Below are positions 1 to 9,249 of a stretch of 64,000 bases of DNA, piece by piece. The notes beneath the pieces are model-generated. The model was given only the letters and a program-made list of their open reading frames with translations, was not told the DNA's origin and did no database searches. How positions within the stretch are numbered: position 1 is the first letter of the stretch; every line of letters begins with the position of its first letter. Where the stretch lies: positions 1,120,001-1,184,000 of the forward strand of contig CAVXLD010000001.1 of NCBI GenBank assembly GCA_963762565.1, read 5' to 3'. The DNA comes from an uncultured Verrucomicrobiae bacterium. GTDB taxonomy: Bacteria; Verrucomicrobiota; Verrucomicrobiia; Chthoniobacterales; JAFAMB01. A program made the translations under genes and the position numbers.

Positions 1-1
1 C

Positions 2-43
2 TTCGAGGGCATCCTCCAAAGTGATGGTTACGGGGCGTACTAG
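2..43 (+). pseudogene. Truncated fragment of an IS66-family transposase (TnpC-like)
   Basis: Frame from nt 2 reads FEGILQSDGYGAY*, resembling the G.LQ.DGY.AY motif of IS66 transposases; it stops immediately afterwards and the rest lies outside the window. Confidence 0.4.
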
Positions 44-262
44 GTTGTTACTCAGCTCCACCACGGGATAGTACAAAACCGCTAGGTGGGTCGCTCTGAC
101 GGATACGATTTAACCACTTCGATACTTGTACTCGAGCGAGCTACCGTCGTACGCCACTGCTAAAATCTGCTCTCGCATTACGCAGCTGCTTTCATCGGGA
201 TCAAGTTCTTAGGTTTCGCGGGCCGGATCTTCCACCACAGCCTAGCTACGGAAGGCGAAGGA

Positions 263-577
263 CAAGACCGATTGGGGACAGGTCAACAAGACCGATTGGG
301 GACAGGTCAATAGTCGACAAAGGGAAACCAGAACGGGGACAGGTCAATATTAAATAGACTTGGCGCCGGATCGCCATGGCTAGGTATCGCACGCCGCTCG
401 CTACGCCGGCTGAAAGGGCCGTGCAGCTCGCGAACTTGGAATGCCAGGAGAGCGGGCACCTCGGATAGGGACAGGTCAACTGTTGACCGTCCTAAGGTTG
501 TCGCTAGAAGTCGAAAAATGGGGACAGGTCAATAGTCGCTAACGAGAACAAGACGAGGCAACACCTGACCTGTCCCT
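263..577. repeat. Cluster of GGGACAGGTCAA motifs (RAYT-associated inverted-repeat units)
   Basis: Forward copies at 274, 298, 335, 468, 520; reverse copy at 566; 24-bp tandem duplication 263-286/287-310. Confidence 0.9.
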
Positions 578-651
578 TACCGATTTCTGTCAGTTACATG
601 AAAAAAGAATTGGGATCTAACCAGTAGTTCTGTCAGTTAGAGAGTCGAAAA

Positions 652-2226
652 ATGGACCTCCAAACTTTCTCACCTCTCTACGGTAGCTGGTGCCCGTCGG
701 TGAACTTGCTGGGATTGATAATGTTGTTCATCGCCGTACCAGCGCTGGGGCAAGGCGGCGGAACGCATACGACACTTGACCAAGTAAATCAGGCGGTGCG
801 GGAGGCCCGAAGACTCTGTGAAGATCAAATTGGAAAAGATGCGGTTCCAGGTCTCGCCATTGCCGTCGTATTTCAGGATCAAGTCACCTATGCAGCGGGC
901 TTTGGGGTGCGAGATGTCAATACCCGGGAACCGGTGAATGTAGATACTGTGTTCCAGTTGGCATCGTTATCCAAAGCGATTGGCTCAACCGTCGTAGCGG
1001 AACTTGTCGGCGAAGGCAAAATCTCCTGGGACTCCAAAATCAGCGATATCGATCCTAATTTTGCGATGTACGATCCCTGGGTGACACGCGAAATCACGAT
1101 TCGTGATTTCTACGAGCATCGCAGTGGCCTACCTGCATACGCAGGCGATTCGCTCGAAGTTCTAGGATTCAACCGAGAGCAAATCTTGCATCGTTTGCGC
1201 TATCAAAAGTCCAACACCAGTTTCCGTTCTCACTTCGCCTATACCAATTTTGGCGTTACCGAGGCCGCCGTGGCAGCAGCCAAGGCGTATAACCTGACCT
1301 GGGAAGACGCCGCAGAGCAAACGCTCTACCAACCACTCGGCATGAGTTCTACCAGTTCGCGTTATGCCGATTTTTCTGCGCGGACGAACAAAGCATCTGG
1401 CCATGTACTGGTCGATGGCAAGTGGGCCCAAAAATATAAGCGCGATCCGGATCCGCAATCCCCGGCTGGCGGAGTCAGCTCATCGGTCAATGACCTTGCC
1501 AAGTGGATGCGTTTGCAGCTCGCGGACGGGCAATTTGAAGGCCGACGGATCGTCGACGAAAAAGCGTTAGCAGAAACCCATTCACCGGAAATTTTAATAG
1601 GATCCAATCCACAGAACGGGTTGCCTATGTTTTATGGGCTTGGTTGGTTCGTCAGTTACGACCAAGCAGGGCGGTCGCTCCTTTGGCATAACGGAATATT
1701 CACATCGGGAGCGGCTACCATCGTAGAGCTAGTTCCGTCCGAACATTTGGGCATTGTTGTCCTCACCAACGCTTTCCCGCCTGGCGTTGGGGAAGGGCTC
1801 GCTTTTACGTTTACCGATGTCGCTTTGTACGGGAAGGCCACTCAGGATTGGCTCGCATTTTTCAAAAAGGTGTATGCCAACGTGGCTGCGCTGGGTGTGG
1901 GAACCGACTACTCCAAACCGCCCGCGGCACCCGCATCGGCATTGGCGACCGGCGCGTACGTCGGGACCTACACCAACAACTTCTATGGAGAGATTCAGAT
2001 CATCGAACAGGGCGACGGACTCGCCATTGTCGAGGGCCCTTCCAAGTTGACTTTCTCCTTAAAGCATTATGACCGCGACCTATTCACTTGTGACAACACC
2101 GAAGGCGAAACGACCGGAGTGACCTTTGCTATTGGTGCGGACGGGAAGGCGACGACAGTGGTGGTTGCGGACCTCAACTTACATGGCGACGGGACTTTTC
2201 AACGCCGGTCCGCTGAGGACAAATGA
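652..2226 (+). CDS. Serine hydrolase, beta-lactamase class C/AmpC family, with C-terminal DUF3471-like domain
   Basis: SxxK (SLSK), YxN (YTN) and HxG (HNG) motifs; N-terminal hydrophobic signal; true start may be downstream. Confidence 0.85.
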   Translation: MDLQTFSPLYGSWCPSVNLLGLIMLFIAVPALGQGGGTHTTLDQVNQAVREARRLCEDQIGKDAVPGLAIAVVFQDQVTYAAGFGVRDVNTREPVNVDTVFQLASLSKAIGSTVVAELVGEGKISWDSKISDIDPNFAMYDPWVTREITIRDFYEHRSGLPAYAGDSLEVLGFNREQILHRLRYQKSNTSFRSHFAYTNFGVTEAAVAAAKAYNLTWEDAAEQTLYQPLGMSSTSSRYADFSARTNKASGHVLVDGKWAQKYKRDPDPQSPAGGVSSSVNDLAKWMRLQLADGQFEGRRIVDEKALAETHSPEILIGSNPQNGLPMFYGLGWFVSYDQAGRSLLWHNGIFTSGAATIVELVPSEHLGIVVLTNAFPPGVGEGLAFTFTDVALYGKATQDWLAFFKKVYANVAALGVGTDYSKPPAAPASALATGAYVGTYTNNFYGEIQIIEQGDGLAIVEGPSKLTFSLKHYDRDLFTCDNTEGETTGVTFAIGADGKATTVVVADLNLHGDGTFQRRSAEDK

Positions 2227-2241
2227 ACTGAAACCGCCCCA

Positions 2242-3234
2242 ATGCGAATACTCCGTCGAGTGATATGGTGGCTCGCGTTCGTGATCCTCTGTTTCGTAAC
2301 CGCTTGGGCAACTGCAGCCATTTTCTTCGATCTTCCGGCACGTAACCTGAGTGTGCCAGCCGCCACTATTTACGTAGCCTTAGTAGTAGCTATTCTGTTC
2401 TTTCTGAGGTTCAGGTGGGTTTCGCTGGGGTTTTGTTTCGTTTTATTTGCCGGCGTTCTTTGTTGGTGGTGGTCAATCCAAGCGACTGGCAAACGCGACT
2501 GGCGGCCGGATGTTGCCGAAACCGCCTGGACAGAAAGAGACGGAGACAAGATCACCATTCACAACCTGCGAAACTTTGATTACGAGCCGGGGCAGCCGGC
2601 CAAGCCCCGGTGGGAGACTAAGGTCTTAGATCTTAGCCAACTGCAAGGAGTGGATCTTTTTATTAACTTTTGGGGATCGACTATGATCTGTCACCCGATA
2701 GTGAGCTTTCAATTCGGGCCGACCGATCACGTAGCCATTTCGGTTGAGACCAGGATGGCCCAAGGCCAGACCTATTCCATGATTCGCGGTTTCTTCAAAC
2801 AGTTCGAGCTGATCTACATTGTCGCCGATGAACGCGACGTGATTAGGGTCCGAACGAATTACCGGCACGAACAACTCTACCTTTATCGAACCAGCATTCG
2901 ACCAGAACGAGCCCGAAGCCTATTCCTCGATTACCTGAAGAGCGTTAATGCCATCCACGTGCGACCGCATTTCTACAACGCGGTAACAGATAACTGCACG
3001 ACTAATGTGCGAACGCATACCGCAGCCACAACGGTAAAACCTGCTCCCTGGGATTGGCGAATGTTGTTGAACGGAACCGTAGACGAATTGGTGTACGAAA
3101 ACGGAGGATTCGCCAGCCACCTCCCCTTTGCTGAGCTCAAACCGATGTCGCTCATCGACGCCAAGGCTCAAGCTGCGGACCAGGCTCCCGATTTTTCTGA
3201 GCGGATCCGAGTCGGTTTGCCAGGATTCGACTAG
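2242..3234 (+). CDS. DUF4105 / Lnb N-terminal-like membrane protein
   Basis: Three N-terminal TM helices; conserved-looking ICHPIVSF and YNAVTDNCTT. Confidence 0.75.
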   Translation: MRILRRVIWWLAFVILCFVTAWATAAIFFDLPARNLSVPAATIYVALVVAILFFLRFRWVSLGFCFVLFAGVLCWWWSIQATGKRDWRPDVAETAWTERDGDKITIHNLRNFDYEPGQPAKPRWETKVLDLSQLQGVDLFINFWGSTMICHPIVSFQFGPTDHVAISVETRMAQGQTYSMIRGFFKQFELIYIVADERDVIRVRTNYRHEQLYLYRTSIRPERARSLFLDYLKSVNAIHVRPHFYNAVTDNCTTNVRTHTAATTVKPAPWDWRMLLNGTVDELVYENGGFASHLPFAELKPMSLIDAKAQAADQAPDFSERIRVGLPGFD

Positions 3235-4976
3235 AAAGGGTTGGGAATAACCGAATGCGCTTTTTTTGAGGCGAGGCTTGAGCCCGAACGCTCGAGAGTC
3301 GCTAAATGCAGACGGAGAATTCGTTTCAATTCGGCAATGGTCTGAGGAAGAGCAAAGGAGCCGTGAGGGCCCGGAACGATCAATTCTGATTGGGCGCCCG
3401 CAAGATGCGAGCTCCAATAGGGAACCACACCGTCCGAACTGTTGGGGGTATCACCGCGACCCCGATCGCCAATGATCGAGTAGTACGGAACAACAATTGG
3501 AAGCTTATCAAGAGCGTGAAGAACAGGGTTTCGCGGAGAAAGACCGTTGATCCCGGTCGGTGGGTGTTTCAAGCCGATATTCTTTAAGACTGAACCGGTG
3601 ATTGCCTCGCCAACATGACTCACGATGGTCCTGGGAATACGAATGAGACCGACGCCGATCGAACCAATCCAGTTAGTCGCGAGATAACTGCCGCGGTGAG
3701 GTACACAGATGAAAACGATCCTTTCGACGTGCGGGGTGGGATCGAAGATCAGCGCTTTTTTGGCTAAATTATCCGGCGGCGTTGTCGCGTAGAGGCGATC
3801 CGCGTCATTCTGGAACACCGCGTTCCATAGAACCCGCTCGGTGCGCACCGCTTGCAGGTGGGCAAGTAATCCACCCATACTATGAGTGATGAGAACCATG
3901 CCCTTGCTGCGAGGATAGAGTTGATAAATGCGCTCTAAGCTTTCCCGAAGCCGGAGAGCGGACACCAGTATGGGGTCGCCCGTCGGATAAGCGAAAAGCC
4001 AGAACTGAAACCGGCCCCGCAACTCCGGATCGGACTGGATTGCGCTGATCGTCGGAACCCACATCTGGGGGATCGACAACAGGCCATGGATGAAAACGAC
4101 CGGGATCTGGTCAGGGTCATAGGGTTCGACCAGATAGAGTCCCGTTTGTTCCCGGTATCTTTCCGGGTCCATCATTGCTTGGAGACCCAAGAACGTCGGA
4201 TTTGGGTAATAAGTGTAGACGGCCGCGAAGTCAGCGCCCAAGGGTCTCTGCGTACCGGCGATCCGAATCGTTTCTTGTTTCGCCGGATCATAGAGGCTGA
4301 AGGTCGCGTCGCGCTTGTCCGACATAGCTTTAGCGACGCCCGAAACACCATCGCTCTTAGAACCGCCCTTGGGAAAGTCGACCGTGGCGGTCACCGGGAC
4401 CGCGAGGCCCAGGCGAGGTAGAAAGAATTGCCTGGGATCAGGCGGTTTATGGACTCCCACTAACAAACCGCCCCAACCACTGGTGCGTCCCGTTTCAACA
4501 GCGAGTTTCCTATGCAACTGTTGCGGGGTACGGAAAAAGTCGAAGTAGCTCGGGTCCCACGTGCCGGCCTCACGCGAACCGGCTGCGAATTCCAACCTGT
4601 AAGTGTGATCGCCCGATTGAATGGTCGTAGTCCGATTCCACAGCTGGTTACTAGACCGCAGTAAGACGGCCATTTCCTGGCAGGCCCGGTTGTAAGTTAG
4701 CCGGGCGTCTGTCGCCTCGTCGCCGGATGTACTGCTCACCAGGGGTAACGCGGTATAGGCTGCATCCAGGTAATGTCCTACGGCGGTCTTTGGATCAGCT
4801 TGTGTTCTGCGTGCTTCATCCAGACTTAGCTGGGCTCCCGAAACTGGCAGGTTGCGGTTCGACGTTTGCTGCGTGACACACCCGCTAGAGATTGCGAGGC
4901 AGCATATAAGCAAGAGAAATCGACTTAGCTGCCGACACGGGCTTCTACCATTCATCGACGTTAGTGCGCAGGCCAT
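3231..4976 (-). CDS. Alpha/beta hydrolase lipoprotein (esterase/lipase family)
   Basis: Lipobox-like SSGC, IHGL oxyanion motif, HSMGG nucleophile elbow, DGVV and late His. Confidence 0.8.
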   Translation of the reverse strand: MACALTSMNGRSPCRQLSRFLLLICCLAISSGCVTQQTSNRNLPVSGAQLSLDEARRTQADPKTAVGHYLDAAYTALPLVSSTSGDEATDARLTYNRACQEMAVLLRSSNQLWNRTTTIQSGDHTYRLEFAAGSREAGTWDPSYFDFFRTPQQLHRKLAVETGRTSGWGGLLVGVHKPPDPRQFFLPRLGLAVPVTATVDFPKGGSKSDGVSGVAKAMSDKRDATFSLYDPAKQETIRIAGTQRPLGADFAAVYTYYPNPTFLGLQAMMDPERYREQTGLYLVEPYDPDQIPVVFIHGLLSIPQMWVPTISAIQSDPELRGRFQFWLFAYPTGDPILVSALRLRESLERIYQLYPRSKGMVLITHSMGGLLAHLQAVRTERVLWNAVFQNDADRLYATTPPDNLAKKALIFDPTPHVERIVFICVPHRGSYLATNWIGSIGVGLIRIPRTIVSHVGEAITGSVLKNIGLKHPPTGINGLSPRNPVLHALDKLPIVVPYYSIIGDRGRGDTPNSSDGVVPYWSSHLAGAQSELIVPGPHGSFALPQTIAELKRILRLHLATLERSGSSLASKKAHSVIPNPF

Positions 4977-5202
4977 TGGTATGAGACGTGCTGGACGGAG
5001 CCGCTAGACCACGTTTAACCATAAGAAGCGACTCGTGCACGAACGCTGCCATCTTTAGTCAATCAGGGGAATTGGACCTTGGTCCAGTGTTTTCGTAAAC
5101 TTTGCTCAAGCTCGGCAAGAATCGAGCGCTGGATTTTGGTCCTATAGTGCGAGATTACCGTTTCGTTAATCTGTTTCCACGAAGGGCCAAGGTGTTGCTG
5201 GA

Positions 5203-5295
5203 TTGAGGGATGGAAAGCTCCGGAAGGGGAATTGGTTTCAGTTGCCAAAAATCATCCTCGAGGTAGAGTTCACCGGCGGAATCGAAGCCGTCCGA
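5203..5295 (+). pseudogene. Degenerate C-terminal remnant of an IS256-family transposase
   Basis: KLRKGNWFQLPKIILEVEFTGGIEAV resembles the QLPK.I.GV.F.DGIE tail of IS256 transposases. Confidence 0.35.
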
Positions 5296-5309
5296 CGAGA
5301 GGATTGGCT

Positions 5310-5981
5310 GTGCAGAAACTCATCGCAGGCATTGTCGATTTTCGAGAGCGGATGTTGCCGCAGTATGCACAACGCTTCAAAGAGCTCGCACTCCGCCAGA
5401 CGCCTGATGCCCTGTTTGTGACCTGTTCAGACAGCCGCGTGGTGCCGGACTTATTGGCCTCGACTCACCCGGGCGATCTTTTCACGATGCGGAACGTTGG
5501 CAATCTCATACCACCTGCGACCGCCGATGGGATTTCGATTGGTGACCTCTCCGAGGCAAGCGCGATCGAGTACTCGGTGCTTGTTCTGAGGGTTCCGAAT
5601 ATTGTCATTTGCGGACACTCCGAGTGTGGGGCGATGAAAGCCGTAATGGCGAACAACCCACGGCCCGAGACCCCAAACCTTATCAAGTGGCTTCACCACG
5701 CGCGCGCTGCGGCGGTCCGCCTAGAGCACGAAGGCGCGCTCGACGGGAAGTTGAAGCCGCACGATCAACTCTCACAGCTCAATGTGTTGGTGCAGCTCGA
5801 ACACCTTATGTCTTACGCGATCGTCCGCGACAAAGTATTAGCCGGAACCCTTCGATTGAGCGGGTGGTGGTTTAACGTCGCATCCGGGAGTATGTGCGCG
5901 TATGACCGCGCAAGTCATTCGTTCGAAGTTATCGACCGGCAGATGGCCGATCGCTTAATCGCGCACCTCATCACGCCTTGA
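5310..5981 (+). CDS. Beta-class carbonic anhydrase
   Basis: CSDSR and GHSECGA zinc ligands; GTG start at 5310 after a GAGAGGA RBS. Confidence 0.92.
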   Translation: MQKLIAGIVDFRERMLPQYAQRFKELALRQTPDALFVTCSDSRVVPDLLASTHPGDLFTMRNVGNLIPPATADGISIGDLSEASAIEYSVLVLRVPNIVICGHSECGAMKAVMANNPRPETPNLIKWLHHARAAAVRLEHEGALDGKLKPHDQLSQLNVLVQLEHLMSYAIVRDKVLAGTLRLSGWWFNVASGSMCAYDRASHSFEVIDRQMADRLIAHLITP

Positions 5982-6034
5982 AGTTTAAAATTCTTGCTGT
6001 GTCCCTGAAAGTTCTGAAAACAATGTCCTTGATA

Positions 6035-6101
6035 GGGACAGGTCAACTGTCGGCCGCCCAAGGATGTCGTTATGCAGCCGCACCACTATTGACCTGTCCC
6101 C
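6035..6101. repeat. Miniature inverted-repeat unit GGGACAGGTCAA...TTGACCTGTCCC
   Basis: Forward motif 6035, reverse motif 6089; spacer related to the 6857-6923 unit. Confidence 0.9.
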
Positions 6102-6278
6102 TCTTGACATTCTCGGCCCGGATGTCGGTTTTATCTGTTTCGAACCACCCGGACGAAGGGTTCGCCTAAAAAGGCGACGGAGGGTCGAGAAATAGGGGTC
6201 GCGTCTTACTGATAGGATCAATGTTGACGTCGTCCACATCGCCTCAGATCCATCCATCCTTTTAACTCCGAGTTTCCC

Positions 6279-6797
6279 ATGATCATCATTCCAAAACGTA
6301 TGACTGCCCGGATGCAGGAACCATTTTGTCTGTTCCTCATCGGTATGCGGATCAATCGACCGCTCAAAATTCAAAAATGGTTGCCGGTTTTCAGCGCGAT
6401 GCCTCGAATGATGCAGGAGTTGTATCGACACCCAGAGCTTGGCTTTATCAGCGGCCATTTTTGGTTCGGCCGAACCACGATCGCCGTTCAATACTGGAAA
6501 TCGTTCGAGGCGCTTACCCGCTATGCAAAACAGCCTGACCTAGCTCATTTGCCTGCCTGGGCGCAATTTCGTCGAAATATCGGCAACAGCGGCGACGTCG
6601 GCATCTGGCACGAAACCTATCTGATCGCGCCAGGCCAAAACGAGAACATCTATCACAACATGCCCACCTTCGGCCTCGGCCAAGCCAGCCAACTGGTCGA
6701 AGCGAGCGGGCGCCTGGAGTCTGCCGAAGGACGTGTGTCGCCAGAGACGGGGCATAGCCGGCCCGATCAGGAATCGCCACCGGTTAAGATCGACTAG
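6279..6797 (+). CDS. DUF4188 family protein
   Basis: FLIGMRIN, VQYWKSFE, H.PAW, VGIWHETY motifs. Confidence 0.85.
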   Translation: MIIIPKRMTARMQEPFCLFLIGMRINRPLKIQKWLPVFSAMPRMMQELYRHPELGFISGHFWFGRTTIAVQYWKSFEALTRYAKQPDLAHLPAWAQFRRNIGNSGDVGIWHETYLIAPGQNENIYHNMPTFGLGQASQLVEASGRLESAEGRVSPETGHSRPDQESPPVKID

Positions 6798-6856
6798 CGT
6801 CCGTCGCGCCCGATGTCCTTTTTGGCCCGTCCCCACCGCAGCGAACGGTTCTGCAT

Positions 6857-6923
6857 GGGGACAGGTCAACTGTTGTCCGTCCCAAAGTTGTCGTTGTGCA
6901 GCAGCCCACTGTTGACCTGTCCC
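6857..6923. repeat. Miniature inverted-repeat unit
   Basis: GGGGACAGGTCAA at 6857 and TTGACCTGTCCC at 6912. Confidence 0.9.
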
Positions 6924-7012
6924 TGATTGGATATTTGGCGTATGATGTAGGGACGAAAGGCCCCGATTCGCATGAGCGCCCTGGCTTCGCTGCTCGAATC
7001 TGCTCGGAAGAT

Positions 7013-7408
7013 ATGAAAACAATCCCCTTTGTTTTCCTGACGCTCTTTTTCATTTTAGCGTTCGACTCCAGGTCCAGCGCCGCTTCTGTCAGCGGCAAGG
7101 TGGTTGAAATTCATTATGGCGCCGGGACAGCGAACCCGGCCAATCAGGTAATCGTTACGCTCTACCGAATGAATACATACCTGGACCGTCCCGACGGCCC
7201 GAAATTAGGAAGTTTTATTACGAAGATCGATGGCCTCTTTCATTTCGAGCATATTCCGAAGGGCGAATACATGCTCCATGTTCAGGGCGCCAAGTCTTGG
7301 GGACCGGAACTGGGGCCGGAACTGGATCGACGCATATCGATTCTCAAAGACGACGAGGCAGTAGAACCTGAGACGATCGTCATAGACTACAAAGACAGTC
7401 CGCCCTGA
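7013..7408 (+). CDS. Secreted protein with carboxypeptidase-regulatory-like (prealbumin) fold
   Basis: Signal peptide MKTIPFVFLTLFFIL; DGLFHFEHIPKGEYMLHV pattern. Confidence 0.6.
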   Translation: MKTIPFVFLTLFFILAFDSRSSAASVSGKVVEIHYGAGTANPANQVIVTLYRMNTYLDRPDGPKLGSFITKIDGLFHFEHIPKGEYMLHVQGAKSWGPELGPELDRRISILKDDEAVEPETIVIDYKDSPP

Positions 7409-7693
7409 GTGAGAGGACCTAATAGATTCGTCTCCTTGCGTCTCTTCCACGCCGAAAAAAGCTCGCATTCTGTCTCAAAAGATATCTAAGGGAATTGAAG
7501 GAGGCTTTAGAAGTAAGGGACGTAGCTTGAGCATTGGACATTTGCCAAAGCAGTTCTCCGTGATTGAAACGTCCAAAGTTAAGATAGGTCGCTTCTATAG
7601 TTCGTCCCTTCTATAGTTCGCATGCGCGATTACCAATTGATATGTTTGTTGGTGGCCGGTTCTAACTACTCCCCCCGAAAGGAAAATTAAGAT

Positions 7694-7891
7694 ATGCCGT
7701 TGAATGAAACCCAAAGATCGCTTGCGATGGCTCAAATCGTCACCGGTCTTCTCTCCCGCAGCGGCGCACGTCGTCTGGATAACGAGACCTTAGCCCACGA
7801 AGCGCGTGAGCTTCTCGTCGCGATCGAGACCGAAGCCGCTCTTCCCAAGCAAAAAATAAGACGTCGTGACATCCCGCGTACCCGACTGTAA
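7694..7891 (+). CDS. Small hypothetical protein (65 aa)
   Basis: ATG preceded by GAAAGGA RBS; helical composition. Confidence 0.5.
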   Translation: MPLNETQRSLAMAQIVTGLLSRSGARRLDNETLAHEARELLVAIETEAALPKQKIRRRDIPRTRL

Positions 7892-7930
7892 CGATTCTCC
7901 ACAAAAAACGCTCTAGAAGGAGGCTAAATT

Positions 7931-8013
7931 GGGGACAGGTCAACAGTCGGCAAGAGTCTGTCGCTATCGACCGTATCATGCCGGCAACCGGCTCAATCAA
8001 TAATTGACCTGTC
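7931..8013. repeat. Miniature inverted-repeat unit
   Basis: GGGGACAGGTCAA at 7931, TTGACCTGTC at 8004; spacer related to the 38018-38097 unit. Confidence 0.85.
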
Positions 8014-8180
8014 ATTCTGCCGCTGGGGCATGCATAGTCGTGCGAGTGGCCGGAACGTAGGGCGCGTGATGAGGGGGGTACTTTTCCCTCGAAGCTGACC
8101 TGGAGAACAAGTCACCTGGGACTAAGGTCCAATAGCGCTACCAAGCCCGGCCGGCGATAACTGCTAGGAGCCCACAGCAA

Positions 8181-9149
8181 ATGAATCATGAAGGCAATTG
8201 GCTGCTCCCCAGTGGTGGCGGAGCGCAGCGGAATATCAGGCGGCGGGTCATCTCTCTTGCTATTTGGATCGCAGGTTGCACTCTGCTATTCAGTCCCTGC
8301 GCTCCGGTTCACGCCGGATGGCTAGAAGCGGACGTCGACTTCTCGAATTACGATGTGCCGTTATTCCAGCAGATCGTCAACCGCATCAAGGCCAAGGTTG
8401 CAGCCCGATTGGGAGAGGGCGTAAATACGCAGGACCGCTATTTTATTGTTCCGTTCGCTTTCCAAAAAAGGTGGAATAATCCGCAGTTTTCGCACTCGTT
8501 CATCTCCGTGATCCGCGTGCTCGGCGACGGCAAACAACCAAACCTCAGTCCGGGACTCCGGCGCGGGCGATTCAAGAACCGAGATTTTGAAGCATTTACC
8601 ATCAGCTGGGTGCCTCACGATTATGGTACTAATCCGGTGTGCGTTTTCGATGGCTTCGGCAGTCGGATTTTTCCAACCTGGAACAAATGTCCTATTGTCG
8701 TCGGGAGAGACTTCAGGCTGGCTGAGACACTGAAGGTCGCGCTGAATGACAAAAGTTCCGTCGGCATGTGGGGACCCTACGAGATCAGGAAAGAAGCGTT
8801 TGAGCTTGGCGTGAAGCGGATGCTTTTGCTCGACGGAGGAACTATCAAATATAAAGCCGATGACCGCCTTACTCGTAAGGATCAAGTCGCGATCAATTGT
8901 TTCCATGCGATGGCGAACTTGGAAGAACTTTATCCTAACGGCGGATTTCTAGGGTCGGGATTTAGGATGTGGGGAATCAATGGCACCGCCCGAGTTCTGA
9001 TCGAATACACCAAGGCGGTTCGTAACAGAGGCCTGCTGCTTGAGCCGGTCGATATCAAAAAAGATCTCTACGGATTTGTGTACGCCCCGGAGAGGAATAG
9101 CGGTGGCCTCTACGATCCTTTTCCGAACGCATCTGCGTACCACCAGTAG
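8181..9149 (+). CDS. Hypothetical exported protein
   Basis: 322-aa ORF, AGGAG RBS, signal peptide ending VHA. Confidence 0.65.
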   Translation: MNHEGNWLLPSGGGAQRNIRRRVISLAIWIAGCTLLFSPCAPVHAGWLEADVDFSNYDVPLFQQIVNRIKAKVAARLGEGVNTQDRYFIVPFAFQKRWNNPQFSHSFISVIRVLGDGKQPNLSPGLRRGRFKNRDFEAFTISWVPHDYGTNPVCVFDGFGSRIFPTWNKCPIVVGRDFRLAETLKVALNDKSSVGMWGPYEIRKEAFELGVKRMLLLDGGTIKYKADDRLTRKDQVAINCFHAMANLEELYPNGGFLGSGFRMWGINGTARVLIEYTKAVRNRGLLLEPVDIKKDLYGFVYAPERNSGGLYDPFPNASAYHQ

Positions 9150-9249
9150 GAATTCGTCCAATCGAAATGCGGCAAGTCTCAAAGACATCCGAGCCGCGGT
9201 TCGCAGCGAAGCGTGTGGCTGCGCTGCTACATTCTCTGATCGGGCGACG

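Noticed and set aside
263..577. CRISPR array
   Set aside because: The repeat is only 12-13 bp, spacing is irregular, orientations are mixed and no cas genes are present
6035..8013. Canonical integron attC sites
   Set aside because: No RYYYAAC/GTTRRRY ends and no tyrosine integrase in the window
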